NCBI GenBank assembly: GCA_017558005.1
Contig: JAFYWN010000023.1
Coordinates: forward strand, 1,159-65,158
Reading direction: 5' to 3'
DNA length: 64,000 nt
From: Kiritimatiellia bacterium
GTDB lineage: Bacteria; Verrucomicrobiota; Kiritimatiellia; RFP12; DVOR01
Shown: positions 38,756-48,668 of the stretch, piece after piece
Layout: each line of letters opens with the position of its first letter
How positions within the stretch are numbered: position 1 is the stretch's first letter
The notes under the pieces: generated by a model
Databases searched by the model: none
What the model saw: the letters and a program-made list of their open reading frames with translations, nothing else
Told to the model about the DNA's origin: nothing
Translations under genes and position numbers: made by a program

Positions 38756-38835
38756 GTAAATAGTTTGACCCAATTTACTCGATCAAGCTGGCATTCAGCC
38801 ATTGGTGCCCGCCACCCATAAGTGAATAGTTTGAC
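38734..38835 (+). repeat. 36-bp direct repeat pair separated by 30 bp
   Basis: CATTG(A/G)TGCCCGCCACCCATAAGT(A/G)AATAGTTTGAC at 38734-38769 and 38800-38835. Confidence 0.85.
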
Positions 38836-38981
38836 AGGCACACCTTCCTGCCCCTAAGGAATTGAAGGGATTTAGGCGATAGAAGCGATTAAAGCGAGTA
38901 TCGCGAGCGAAACTCTCCCTTGCGGCGAAGCCGCTTTCCCGTGGTTTCTAAAAATTCATGTAATTTCGTAAAATTCGTGCT

Positions 38982-39486
38982 TTTCCCGTGCGCGAAAAAT
39001 TCACTTTTCCCACTTTTTTATCGAATTTTCGGCTGTTGAAAACTTTTTTAAGTTATCAACACCTTATCTACAATTTAGGGTTTTTATCGCAGTTTTTGAT
39101 GAAATACTTCTGCGGAGCGGCGGTTTTCAGCACTTTTGCCCTTCTTTGCTAAAACTGCACAACTCTTTAATAAAGAAAGAGATAATGTAAAAATCTGGCG
39201 AAATCAACTCCGCTACAGCGGCTTCCTTGCGAAATTTTTGGGTTAAGGTGGTAGAAAAGTTATCAACAATTTCAGCCTTTTTGGGGGAATGCTAAAGGAA
39301 TTTCGGGTCAATATGGGCGAAATTGAGTCGGAAAACAGGCGAAATTGAGTCACCAATATGGGCGAAATTGGGTAGATAAAGTCGCCCATTTTCACTCGAA
39401 AAAGTTGCCTACTTTTCGCGGGATTTTAGCTGACTCGGGTCTGCGAAGTTGACACCTTGTCTCCGCTTTGCTACACTAAAAGTGTG
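38982..39486. repeat. Origin-like non-coding module, copy B (inverted homolog of 13441-13943)
   Basis: TTATCAACA 39053 and 39260, TTATCTACA 39064, TGTTGAAAA 39034; GGCGAAATTG at 39316, 39338, 39361; core 39201-39234 identical to reverse complement of 13692-13725. Confidence 0.85.
39449..39477 (+). promoter_or_regulatory. Outward sigma70 promoter at end of module B
   Basis: TTGACA-17 bp-TACACT with TG extension. Confidence 0.65.
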
Positions 39487-39979
39487 CGTAGAGGAGAGGT
39501 TGTTCGAAGTTCGGAGTTCAGGGTCGCCCGCTTCGCCGTGCGGAATAGCATGGAAATGGCAACCCCATCCCTTTGTCGAACAAAACAACACAAAAACGAA
39601 GTGTCAACTTTAAGCGGGGACTTGACAAGGGCGGCTTATGTAAAGGGATGCATGATGGGCGCAGTAGCGCGTTTCGCGCGCCAGCGTGCGTTCACCGAGG
39701 GCTGAGGTCCCTCTGTCCCATCGGCGACCGCCCCATGGGGCTCATCTTTCCCCCACAGTGCTCAAAAAGGCGAGGAAACCCTGTGCTTCTTTTGTGCGAA
39801 TAGGCGTCCATCACGCACGATTTCCGCTCGTTATCGCTCCACTTTTGAAATTGAATTGTCTCCTCCTTAACGGTCTCTTCCCCAATGAAAACCCTACGAA
39901 ATTCGCCTGTTTGGGCGCCCTTCGCCCTTCTTACACCCTTTTTCATGACCCCTTTTCGGCGATACCCAAAAATAAATCA

Positions 39980-40009
39980 TTGACGTATGAGTAAAAGGTG
40001 TGTTACTAT
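39980..40009 (+). promoter_or_regulatory. Promoter of rpmE-prfA
   Basis: TTGACG ... TG-T-TACTAT. Confidence 0.55.
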
Positions 40010-40045
40010 GTGCAGACATTTTTTGAGATTGAAAGGCGTTAACCA

Positions 40046-40246
40046 ATGAAGAAAGACATCCATCCGAAGTACGAAGACGCAACCATTACCTGCGCTTGCG
40101 GTAACGTGATCCAGACGCGTTCCACCGTGAAGGCCATGTCCTGCAACGTCTGCTCCGCGTGCCATCCTTACTACACCGGCAAGAAGACCGTGATGGACAC
40201 GGAAGGCCGCATCGACAAGTTCATGCAGCGCTACGGCCGCAAGTAA
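40046..40246 (+). CDS. rpmE: 50S ribosomal protein L31 (Zn-binding form)
   Basis: [29 protein letters not shown]. Confidence 0.97.
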   Translation: MKKDIHPKYEDATITCACGNVIQTRSTVKAMSCNVCSACHPYYTGKKTVMDTEGRIDKFMQRYGRK

Positions 40247-40403
40247 GCCGAAAGCTTCTTTGTCTGAAATCGCCGGCACCGCGCTTGTCGCGCTGTGTCG
40301 GCGTTTCGTTTTGAAGCAAGCAGGGCCGACCTTCACGAACTCCATACGTGGGATTGCCCTCGGCTAACTCCACCACGCCCAGACGTTCCATCTATTTCCG
40401 ACT

Positions 40404-41483
40404 ATGCTTGATCGCGATTTAATTCAGAGTTATCTCACGGCGCTCCCCAATTTGGAGGCGCAAATGGCTGATCCTGCTGTGACGGGTGACCGTCGCCGTT
40501 ATGGAGAGGTCTTGCGTGAGCATACGCGCCTGAAGAAAATCGAGGCGGCAGCCACGCGCTTCTTCGGCTTGCAGGCCGAAATTGAGGCGGCGAAGGAATT
40601 ACTCGCGGACCCAGACATGGCGGAGATGGCGCAGGAAGAGTTGCCCCTCTTAGAGGCCCAACTCCCTGAAGCCGAAAACAAACTCACCGAAGCGCTCCTC
40701 CCCGAAGACCCTTTGGATAGTCGCAATGCGATGATTGAAATCCGCGCGGGCACGGGTGGTGATGAGGCGGCACTCTTTGCTGCGGACCTCTTCCGCATGT
40801 ATACGCGGTGGTGTGAAACGCATGGTTACAAGGTGACGGTGATGGACGCCTCGCCAAGTGAACTCGGGGGCTACAAGGAAATTGTGCTCTCGGTATCGGG
40901 CGGCGAGACGCCCTATGGGCGCTTCCGCTTTGAAAGTGGCGGGCATCGCGTGCAGCGCGTCCCCGTCACCGAAGCGCAAGGGCGCATCCATACGAGCGCG
41001 GCAACCGTGATTGTCCTGCCTGAAGCAGACGAAGAGGACGATCTGGTGATTCCCGAAAGCGAACTGCGCGTGGATATTTTCTGCGCAGGCGGTCATGGCG
41101 GCCAAGGCGTGAACACCACCTACTCTGCCATTCGCATCACCCACTTGCCCACGGGGCTCGTGGCACAGTGCCAGGATGAACGCAGCCAACACCGCAATAA
41201 GGAAAAGGCATTAGCCGTCCTCAAATCGCGTATCTTGGACGCACGCCGCCAGGAAGAGGCGGCAAAGGTGGGCGCCACGCGCCTTACCCTACGTGGCAGC
41301 GGAGACCGTTCGCAACGCATTCGCACCTACAACTTCCCCCAAAATCGTCTCACCGACCACCGCATTAACCTCACCCTTTACTCGCTTGACCGCGTCATGG
41401 AAGGCGAACTGGATGAACTCTTCGCGCAGATGGATGCGTTTGACGTCAAGCAACGCTTTGAGGCGGCATTGGAGAATAACTAA
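40404..41483 (+). CDS. prfA: Peptide chain release factor 1
   Basis: EIRAGTGGDEA, VQRVPVTE (PxT), GGQ, IRTYNFPQ. Confidence 0.97.
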   Translation: MLDRDLIQSYLTALPNLEAQMADPAVTGDRRRYGEVLREHTRLKKIEAAATRFFGLQAEIEAAKELLADPDMAEMAQEELPLLEAQLPEAENKLTEALLPEDPLDSRNAMIEIRAGTGGDEAALFAADLFRMYTRWCETHGYKVTVMDASPSELGGYKEIVLSVSGGETPYGRFRFESGGHRVQRVPVTEAQGRIHTSAATVIVLPEADEEDDLVIPESELRVDIFCAGGHGGQGVNTTYSAIRITHLPTGLVAQCQDERSQHRNKEKALAVLKSRILDARRQEEAAKVGATRLTLRGSGDRSQRIRTYNFPQNRLTDHRINLTLYSLDRVMEGELDELFAQMDAFDVKQRFEAALENN

Positions 41484-42257
41484 ATGGGTTGCCTCGGACA
41501 ATTTATCCTCTTCTTTTTGGTGATTCCCTTCGTGTGGAATCACCTCATTGCGCCGCTCTTCTTCAAGCAGCAGCGTCCCGAAGCGCCGGATGACACGTGG
41601 GGCAACTTTGGTGGACGTTCACCCAAAGAGCACTACTTATCGCTCTTAATGCCCCTTTTGGCAAAGATTGCCAAGGCAGATGGTCGTATTACCGAGAGCG
41701 AAATCTCACACATCGAAACCATCTTCGCCGAACTGCGCCTCACTCGCGAGGAACGGCTCTTTGCCCAACAACGCTTCACCGAAGCGAAGCACTCGGCGCG
41801 CCGCTTTGAAGCCTATGCGAGCATTTTTGCGCAAGCCAACTATGACTTTGAGGTGCGTCTAATCACCTTTAAGTTTATGGTGCGCGTGGCAGGTAGCGAT
41901 GGAGCGCTCAGCGAACAAGAACGTCAGATGCTGGCTTACGCAGGCCTCCTTTTCGGCATCCCGCGCAACATCATTGTTGAATTGCTCCGCACACTTGGTG
42001 GCGCAAGCGGTTCGAGTGGCAATTACCGTTCGCGCCAACAGTGGACTGCCTCGCCTTCGCAACGCGAACAAGATTTGGCGTTGCTCGGGCTCAAGAAAAA
42101 TGCCTCTGCCGAAGAGATTAAAAAGGCCTATCGACAGAAGGTTAAAGAACTCCATCCCGATCGTCTGCAGGCACAAGGCCTCCCCGAAGCCATGCTCAAA
42201 GAGGCGACCGAACGTATGGCCGCCATCAATGCGGCATATGACAGACTCACAAAGTAA
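41484..42257 (+). CDS. djlA: DjlA-like co-chaperone (TerB-like + J domain)
   Basis: N-terminal TM, AKIAKADGRITESEI, C-terminal HPD J-domain. Confidence 0.85.
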   Translation: MGCLGQFILFFLVIPFVWNHLIAPLFFKQQRPEAPDDTWGNFGGRSPKEHYLSLLMPLLAKIAKADGRITESEISHIETIFAELRLTREERLFAQQRFTEAKHSARRFEAYASIFAQANYDFEVRLITFKFMVRVAGSDGALSEQERQMLAYAGLLFGIPRNIIVELLRTLGGASGSSGNYRSRQQWTASPSQREQDLALLGLKKNASAEEIKKAYRQKVKELHPDRLQAQGLPEAMLKEATERMAAINAAYDRLTK

Positions 42258-42324
42258 CGGTCAATTACGGTTGACAAGACTCAGATTTTGCTAAAATAGC
42301 ATTGTTTAGAAAGGTGATTATCCT

Positions 42325-43329
42325 ATGTTTAAACTGAACCACGCGCTCCTCGGTCGCTCGTTGCTGAACATCCGTTCGCTCTCTGACGACGAGTTAGCCT
42401 ACATGGTTGATCTCGCAATCGCGTTGAAAGCCCGCCGTAAGGCTGGTATCCGTGGCGAATTACTCCGCCGCAAAAACATCGCGTTAATCTTCGAAAAGAG
42501 CTCCACCCGTACCCGCAACTCTGCGGCCATCGCCGTGCGTGACGAAGGCGGCCATGCGGAATTCTTGACGGGCCAGGCTACGCACTTCGGCGCAAAGGAA
42601 TCCGTTGCCGACTCCGCACGCGTGCTCGGTCGTCTCTTTGATGGTATTCTCTTCCGCGGTTATGCCCAGAGCACCGTGGAAACCCTCGCTGCACGTTCTG
42701 GCGTGCCGGTGTGGAATGGTCTCACCGACGAAAGCCACCCCACGCAGTTCTTGGCCGATATGATGACCATGCGCGAAGCATTCGGCGACGTGAAGGGTAA
42801 GACCATGGCCTATGTGGGCGACGGTCGCAACAATGTGGCCAACTCCCTCATGATGGGATGCGCTAAGGCAGGCATCAATTTCGTCAATGTCACCCCACGT
42901 GAACTCTTCCCCTGCGAAGCCCTCGTGGAAGAAGCCCGCGCTATCGCCGCACGCAATGGGTGCGAAGTGCGCGTAGAAACCGACCCTGTGACGGGCGTGA
43001 AGGGCGCCAATGTGCTCTACACCGACGTCTGGGTGAGCATGGGTGAAGAAGACAAGAAGGCCGAGCGCCTCGCCTTGTTGCGCCCCTACCAAATCAATAT
43101 GCCGCTTTGTGAAGCGACGGGCAATCTCGGTGGCGAGTTAATCTTCCTCCACTGCTTGCCCGCATTCCACGACAACAACACCGAAGTCTCTCGTGAGACC
43201 GGCGCACTCGAAGTCACTGACGACGTCTTCGAATCCACTTTCTCCAAGGTTTTCGACGAAGCAGAAAACCGCATGCACACCATTAAGGCGCTTTACGTCT
43301 CCGCGCTCTGCGAAGAAGCCGCCTTTTAA
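42325..43329 (+). CDS. argF: Ornithine carbamoyltransferase
   Basis: FEKSSTRTR, VWNGLTD.SHPTQ, DVWVSMGE, HCLPAFH, AENRMHTIKA. Confidence 0.95.
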   Translation: MFKLNHALLGRSLLNIRSLSDDELAYMVDLAIALKARRKAGIRGELLRRKNIALIFEKSSTRTRNSAAIAVRDEGGHAEFLTGQATHFGAKESVADSARVLGRLFDGILFRGYAQSTVETLAARSGVPVWNGLTDESHPTQFLADMMTMREAFGDVKGKTMAYVGDGRNNVANSLMMGCAKAGINFVNVTPRELFPCEALVEEARAIAARNGCEVRVETDPVTGVKGANVLYTDVWVSMGEEDKKAERLALLRPYQINMPLCEATGNLGGELIFLHCLPAFHDNNTEVSRETGALEVTDDVFESTFSKVFDEAENRMHTIKALYVSALCEEAAF

Positions 43330-43349
43330 CCCGCCCTCGGAGGCAAACA

Positions 43350-44441
43350 ATGAATGTGAAAGACATCACCACCATCAAATGGGAAGACTTTGAAGCCCTC
43401 CCGAAACAAGAGAAGGCTCCTTATCTCATGCAGAAGGATGGGATGCCCTTTCACACGCTCTTTGCCCAACAGTTTGACCGGCCTCTCCTTGAGCGCCTCT
43501 GCGCCTTCGCCACACGCATTCGCCGCATTGCGAAGACCCGCGAAGGCGCGCTCTTCTTGAGTTCGCTACTCTCGCATAAGCGTGCGATGCTCTACTTTTC
43601 GCAACCCAGCTCCCGCACCTTCCTCTCACACCTTTCTGCGTGCGAGATTTTGGGCATGCGCACGGGTTCTGTGCGTGACGCGGCGACGAGTTCCGAACTC
43701 AAGGGCGAGAGTAAAGAGGACTCTGTGCGCACCTTCTCCTCTTACTTTGACCTCGTGATTATGCGTTCGCCAGACAAGGGTCTCGCCGAACGCGTCGCTT
43801 GGGTCTTGGGCAACTCCGAACGTAACGTCCCCCTTATCAATGCTGGCTCGGGCAAGGATCAGCACCCCACGCAGGCCTTGCTTGACATCTACACCCTGCA
43901 CCGTTCCTTTGAAACGCAAGGTGGCATTGATGGCAAGACGGTGGTCTTTGTGGGGGACTTGTTGCGTGGGCGTACGGTGCGTTCGCTCGCCTTCCTCTTG
44001 ACGCGTTTTGAAAATGTGCGTCAAGTCTTCGTGGCCCCGAAGGAACTGCAGATTAAGCCCGATATCTTGAAGATTCTTGATGCGCACAATGTGAAGTACG
44101 AACTCTCCGACGATTTGGCACGTTGGCTACCCGAAGCAGATGCCGTTTACATGACGCGCATTCAGGATGAATGGGACAAGGCAAACGGCGAATCGGCGAA
44201 GATTGACACCTCTGCCTTCAAGCTTGGCGCAGAACAGGTCGCCACCATGAAGCCTGGCGCGGCCATCTTGCACCCCTTGCCGCGTCGCGATGAAATCTCC
44301 ACCGATGTTGATACCGACCCGCGCGCAAAGTATTGGCGTCAGATGCGTAACGGTATGTGGATTCGTACCGCACTCATTGCCGCAACGTTCGGATGCGAAG
44401 CGGTCATCAATGACTACTACACCGCGCACCTTAGCCGTTGA
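43350..44441 (+). CDS. pyrB: Aspartate carbamoyltransferase catalytic subunit
   Basis: PSSRT, KGES, INAGSG.DQHPTQALLD, GDL..GRTVRSL, YMTRIQ, HPLPR. Confidence 0.92.
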   Translation: MNVKDITTIKWEDFEALPKQEKAPYLMQKDGMPFHTLFAQQFDRPLLERLCAFATRIRRIAKTREGALFLSSLLSHKRAMLYFSQPSSRTFLSHLSACEILGMRTGSVRDAATSSELKGESKEDSVRTFSSYFDLVIMRSPDKGLAERVAWVLGNSERNVPLINAGSGKDQHPTQALLDIYTLHRSFETQGGIDGKTVVFVGDLLRGRTVRSLAFLLTRFENVRQVFVAPKELQIKPDILKILDAHNVKYELSDDLARWLPEADAVYMTRIQDEWDKANGESAKIDTSAFKLGAEQVATMKPGAAILHPLPRRDEISTDVDTDPRAKYWRQMRNGMWIRTALIAATFGCEAVINDYYTAHLSR

Positions 44442-44449
44442 TCACGGGT

Positions 44450-45412
44450 ATGGAACCGAAAAATCTCTTCACCTACACCCTCACCGCTGAGCAGGCGGCG
44501 GCCCTTGAGATGGTCACTGAAGGCATGAACTCGCTCCAACGCGTTCAAGTGCCTTACACCTCCCTCGCCCTGAAGGGCAAACACTTAACCATCAATCTTT
44601 ACACCTCTGGCAAACTCGTTGTACAGGGGAAAGAGGCGCAGGACTTCGTGCTCTTTACGTTGGAACCGCTCGTCCTTGGCGCGGCAACGGTAGGCTATGA
44701 AGAGGTGCTTGACCCCAAGATGTTTGCGCCGCACATGGGGTCGGACGAAAGTGGCAAGGGCGACATCTTTGGTCCGCTCATTACCGTCGCCGCTTTCATT
44801 GACGAAACCACGGGCAAAAAGCTCGCAGACTTGGGCATTCGCGACTCAAAGACCATCGCGGATAGCAAGATTACCGTGCTCGCCGCAGAGACACGCAAAA
44901 TCCTCGGTCGCAATAATTGCGCCTTTGTCCTGCTCCGCCCGCAGACGTATAATCGCGTGTACAACAAGATTGCCAACCTCAATCGTCTCTTGGCATGGTG
45001 CCATGCCCGTGCCATTGAAACCTTGGCCGAGCAGCGTCCCGACTGTCCACGTGCCGTCATTGACCAATTTGCCAAGACGGAAGCCACGATTAACCGCGCC
45101 CTCATGCCGCGCGGGAAGAAGTTGATTATCGAGCAAATGCACAAGGCCGAACGCGATATTGCCGTGGCGGCCGCCTCCGTGCTTGCACGCGACGTCTTCA
45201 TCAAGGAGATGAAAAAGCTCTCCGAAGCCGTCGGGGTGGAACTCCCCAAGGGCGCTGGCCCGAAGATTCCCGAAACATTGTCTACCCTTTTGAAGACGAA
45301 AGGCCCCGAGGTGTTGCCTCAGGTCGCGAAGTGTCACTTTAAGACGATTGATGAAGCGCTCACCAAACACGGCTTCACGCGCGATGATTTACCGGCCGAT
45401 ACAGAGGCCTAA
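44450..45412 (+). CDS. rnhC: Ribonuclease HIII
   Basis: TBP-like YTSGKLVVQG, GSDESGKGD.FGPL, DSK, IDQF, VAAASVLAR, KCHFKT. Confidence 0.93.
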   Translation: MEPKNLFTYTLTAEQAAALEMVTEGMNSLQRVQVPYTSLALKGKHLTINLYTSGKLVVQGKEAQDFVLFTLEPLVLGAATVGYEEVLDPKMFAPHMGSDESGKGDIFGPLITVAAFIDETTGKKLADLGIRDSKTIADSKITVLAAETRKILGRNNCAFVLLRPQTYNRVYNKIANLNRLLAWCHARAIETLAEQRPDCPRAVIDQFAKTEATINRALMPRGKKLIIEQMHKAERDIAVAAASVLARDVFIKEMKKLSEAVGVELPKGAGPKIPETLSTLLKTKGPEVLPQVAKCHFKTIDEALTKHGFTRDDLPADTEA

Positions 45413-45451
45413 TGGCCCTTTCTCTACTGCCTCCCACCGGAGTCCGCTCCC

Positions 45452-46744
45452 ATGACACAGACTATTTCCCCGCGTTCTTGTCCATTAACTGGCACTTATC
45501 GCCCCGAAGGCGACAAGTCCCTCTCCCACCGTGCACTCCTCTTTGCCTCGTTAGCAGAGGGTGAAAGCACGATTCGACGCTTCTTAATCGGCGGCGTGAC
45601 GCGGGCGATGTTGCGTTGCTTGCGCGCCTTGGGGGTGGAATGGACATTGGATGAGGAGTCGCATGTGCTCAAGGTTAAGGGCGTCGGCCTCAAAGGCTTT
45701 AAGACGCCCGATGCGCCCTTGGACTGCGGCAACTCTGCGACCACCTTCCGTTTGCTCGCAGGTGCAGTGGCGGCCGCGGGCATTGAATGCACATTAGATG
45801 GCTCTGAAGGTCTCCGCAAGCGCCCGATGGCGCGTATCATTGAACCCCTGCGCATCCTTGGCGCAGAGGTGGAGTCGGCCGACAATCGCGCGCCGCTCAC
45901 CTTTAAGCCTGCGAAGATGGGCTCCATCAACTATGTATTGCCGGTGGCCTCGGCCCAAGTAAAGAGTTGCTTACTCCTCGCCGCGCTCTCGGGAAACGCC
46001 CCCAGTGCGATTTTAGAGCCTGGCCCTTCACGCGACCATACCGAACGTATGCTTGCAGCGATGAGCGCACGTGTTCGTAATTTCTCTGAGGGTTACGGCG
46101 CCGTGGTGCTCCCCCAGAGCGAACCCCTCAAGCCACTTGATACCGAACTCGCCGGCGACATCTCCAGCGCCGCCTTCCTCATGGTCGCGGCGACCCTTTT
46201 GCCTGGAAGTGATTTCGTCTTAGAAAAGGTCGGCATCAATCCCACTCGCACTGGCATTGTAGATGCGCTTCGCGCGATGGGCGCAGAGATTACCTTTGAG
46301 AATGAAACTGAAATGGCGGGCGAACCCGTGGCCGACATTCGCATTCGCGCCGCAAAGTCGCTCTCCGGCATCACCATCCAGGGTGATCTCGTCGTGCGTA
46401 TGATTGACGAATTCCCCGCCTTTATGATTGCCGCAGCGTATGCCACGGGCGAGACCATCGTCCGTGATGCCGCCGAACTCCGCACAAAGGAGTCGGACCG
46501 CATCGCCATCATGGCGGCCAATCTTCAAGCGCTCGGCGTGGAAATTGAAGAGTATCCCGATGGCTTCCGTATCCAGGGCACTGGGAAAATTCCTGGCGGC
46601 GTAACCGTTCATGCGCAGGGCGATCACCGCATTGCGATGAGCATGGCACTCGCCGCACTTCGTGCTGAGGCTCCAGTGGCAATTGAACATTTTGAAATGC
46701 TCAATGAATCCTTCCCGGATTTCCCTCGCGTGCTCGATCTCTAA
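45452..46744 (+). CDS. aroA: EPSP synthase
   Basis: GDKSLSHRA, DCGNSATT, ASAQVKS, RDHTERM, ELRTKESDRI, DHRIAM. Confidence 0.96.
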   Translation: MTQTISPRSCPLTGTYRPEGDKSLSHRALLFASLAEGESTIRRFLIGGVTRAMLRCLRALGVEWTLDEESHVLKVKGVGLKGFKTPDAPLDCGNSATTFRLLAGAVAAAGIECTLDGSEGLRKRPMARIIEPLRILGAEVESADNRAPLTFKPAKMGSINYVLPVASAQVKSCLLLAALSGNAPSAILEPGPSRDHTERMLAAMSARVRNFSEGYGAVVLPQSEPLKPLDTELAGDISSAAFLMVAATLLPGSDFVLEKVGINPTRTGIVDALRAMGAEITFENETEMAGEPVADIRIRAAKSLSGITIQGDLVVRMIDEFPAFMIAAAYATGETIVRDAAELRTKESDRIAIMAANLQALGVEIEEYPDGFRIQGTGKIPGGVTVHAQGDHRIAMSMALAALRAEAPVAIEHFEMLNESFPDFPRVLDL

Positions 46745-46798
46745 TGTGGTCGCACGCTACAGTGCGCCCCACCCTTTCACCTCTTTTCGAAACGCACG

Positions 46799-48175
46799 AT
46801 GACCACTCTCCCTGCACCTTCTGAGAAGACTGCCACCTATCGTGAGTGTCTCTCCGTCGCATGGCCGTTAGTCTTGGCGATGACGGGTAATGCGCTCATG
46901 ATGTTTGCCGACCGCATCTTCCTCTCACGTCATAGCGCCATCAATATCCAAGCCGCCCTGCCCGCGGGACTGATGTCCTTTATGGTGCTCGCGTTCTTAC
47001 AGAATATTGTGCTCTATTCGGGCACCTTCGTGGCGCAATTCTCTGGCGCAGGCTCACGCGCCGCTTGTGCGCGTGCCACCGCACAGGGATTGTGGCTGGC
47101 CATTCTCTGCATTCCCCTGCTCCTGCTCTCCATTCCCCTCGGCTACTGGCTCTTTGACGTTGTAGGGCACGCACCCGAAGTGATTGTCGCCGAACGGAGC
47201 TACTACCTCACCCTGACGCTCGGCAGCTTTTTCATTCCCTTTGGCGCTGCCTTCTCTGGCTTCTTTACGGGGCGTGGCTATACACGCCTCGTGATGATTG
47301 CCAATATCATTGGCAATGCTGTAAATGTCGCCCTGGACCCGCTCTTCATTTGGGGATGGGGACCCATTCCAGAACTGGGCATCGTCGGCGCAGGTATTGC
47401 CACGGCATTGGGCCAAATCGTAATTACCGCGATCCTCGGCATCGCGATGTTGCGTGAGAAACACTTTTCCACCTCGTACCGCCGAAAAGTGGCCTTCGCG
47501 ATGAAGCTTCCTATGATGCTGCGCATTATCCGTTATGGCGTGCCGAGTGGGAGCCATGTCCTGTTGGATATTTCCACCTTTACCGTCTTCGTCTTTCTCA
47601 CTGGAAAACTCGACGCACTGAGCTTTGCGGTGAGCAATATTGTCCTCTCCATCAACCACCTCATCTTCGCCCCGCTCATGGGCATCGCCATGGCCGCCTC
47701 TGTATTGGTGGGCCAACGCATCGGCGCGAAAGATTTCGCAGGGGCCACGCGCGCAGGGCGACGTTGCGTAACCATTGGCTTAGCTTATGTCTTCCTAATG
47801 GTTGCCATTATTGGTACCTTCCACGAAGAGATGTTGCGCTTCTTCTATGCGAGCAACTCTCCCTTCGCCTATGCAGACTACCTTCACGTGGGCAAAATGC
47901 TCACCGTCATCTTCCTCGCGTGGGCCGCAGGAGATGCCTTCAATATCATCTTAGGGGGCGCTCTCAAGGGCGCGGGCGACACTCGCTTTGTAATGTGGAT
48001 TATCGGAATCATCTCTTGTGTCTTATGGTTGCCCGCCGTCTTCATCTGCTACTCCTTAGGCTGCAACATCGTCACCCTTTGGTGGACGATGCCGGGCTAC
48101 GTCTTTGTTGCGGCAGGCACCTTCGCTTGGCGCTTCTTTAGAGGTGACTGGAAACAACACAATCTCATCCACTAA
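46799..48175 (+). CDS. MATE family efflux transporter
   Basis: DRIFL, VAQFSGA, NVALD..FI.G, GAGIAT, GALKGAGDT. Confidence 0.92.
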   Translation: MTTLPAPSEKTATYRECLSVAWPLVLAMTGNALMMFADRIFLSRHSAINIQAALPAGLMSFMVLAFLQNIVLYSGTFVAQFSGAGSRAACARATAQGLWLAILCIPLLLLSIPLGYWLFDVVGHAPEVIVAERSYYLTLTLGSFFIPFGAAFSGFFTGRGYTRLVMIANIIGNAVNVALDPLFIWGWGPIPELGIVGAGIATALGQIVITAILGIAMLREKHFSTSYRRKVAFAMKLPMMLRIIRYGVPSGSHVLLDISTFTVFVFLTGKLDALSFAVSNIVLSINHLIFAPLMGIAMAASVLVGQRIGAKDFAGATRAGRRCVTIGLAYVFLMVAIIGTFHEEMLRFFYASNSPFAYADYLHVGKMLTVIFLAWAAGDAFNIILGGALKGAGDTRFVMWIIGIISCVLWLPAVFICYSLGCNIVTLWWTMPGYVFVAAGTFAWRFFRGDWKQHNLIH

Positions 48176-48177
48176 CC

Positions 48178-48597
48178 ATGCGCCGCCAACTCCTCGCGCT
48201 TCTTCTTCCCTTGCTCCTTCTCGTGGGGTGTCGCACTCTCTTGCCGCCGCCGCCCCCAAAAATTGCTTGGGGCTACACGCGTGAGCATCCTCTCCCGATG
48301 CCCTCTGTGTTGACTTCGGTAGAGTACATCGATCGCTTGCGTAATCTTGACGGCTCTACGCCGCAGTGGCGCCGCGTTGGCGCCGAACATATCCCCGTAC
48401 CGATTGATCCCGAGCCCTGTGGACATCAAACCCGTCTTGATCGCTTCCGCGCGTGGTTAGGCATGGAGCGCACCCCTGGCACCATCTTAGATCGTTACGA
48501 ACTCCACACCCCGCACGGCACCATCACCCTCTGGGTCAATCCCTATGCCGGCCACTACCCCGACGAACCGCCCCAAAACTTCATCCTCGCGCCCTAA
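48178..48597 (+). CDS. Hypothetical lipoprotein
   Basis: Lipobox LVGC; WGYTREHP...EYIDRL...LDRYEL...LWVNPY. Confidence 0.7.
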   Translation: MRRQLLALLLPLLLLVGCRTLLPPPPPKIAWGYTREHPLPMPSVLTSVEYIDRLRNLDGSTPQWRRVGAEHIPVPIDPEPCGHQTRLDRFRAWLGMERTPGTILDRYELHTPHGTITLWVNPYAGHYPDEPPQNFILAP

Positions 48598-48668
48598 TCT
48601 CTTTGCGCGCGATAATAACCCACTTCCCTAAAACAAAAAACGCTTGAGCGATTGCTCAAGCGTAAAAC

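Noticed and set aside
38734-38835. Type II-like CRISPR (36 + 30 bp)
   Set aside because: Only two repeats, derived from the flippase gene end, with no cas or tracrRNA seen; kept as an att-like finding
13441-39486. Composite transposon bounded by the inverted modules
   Set aside because: The interval holds core genes (lepB, murF, rsmA), there is no transposase, and the copies are too diverged for active terminal repeats
39409-40082. Short ORFs between module B and rpmE
   Set aside because: No convincing RBS or protein features; no Rep-like motifs
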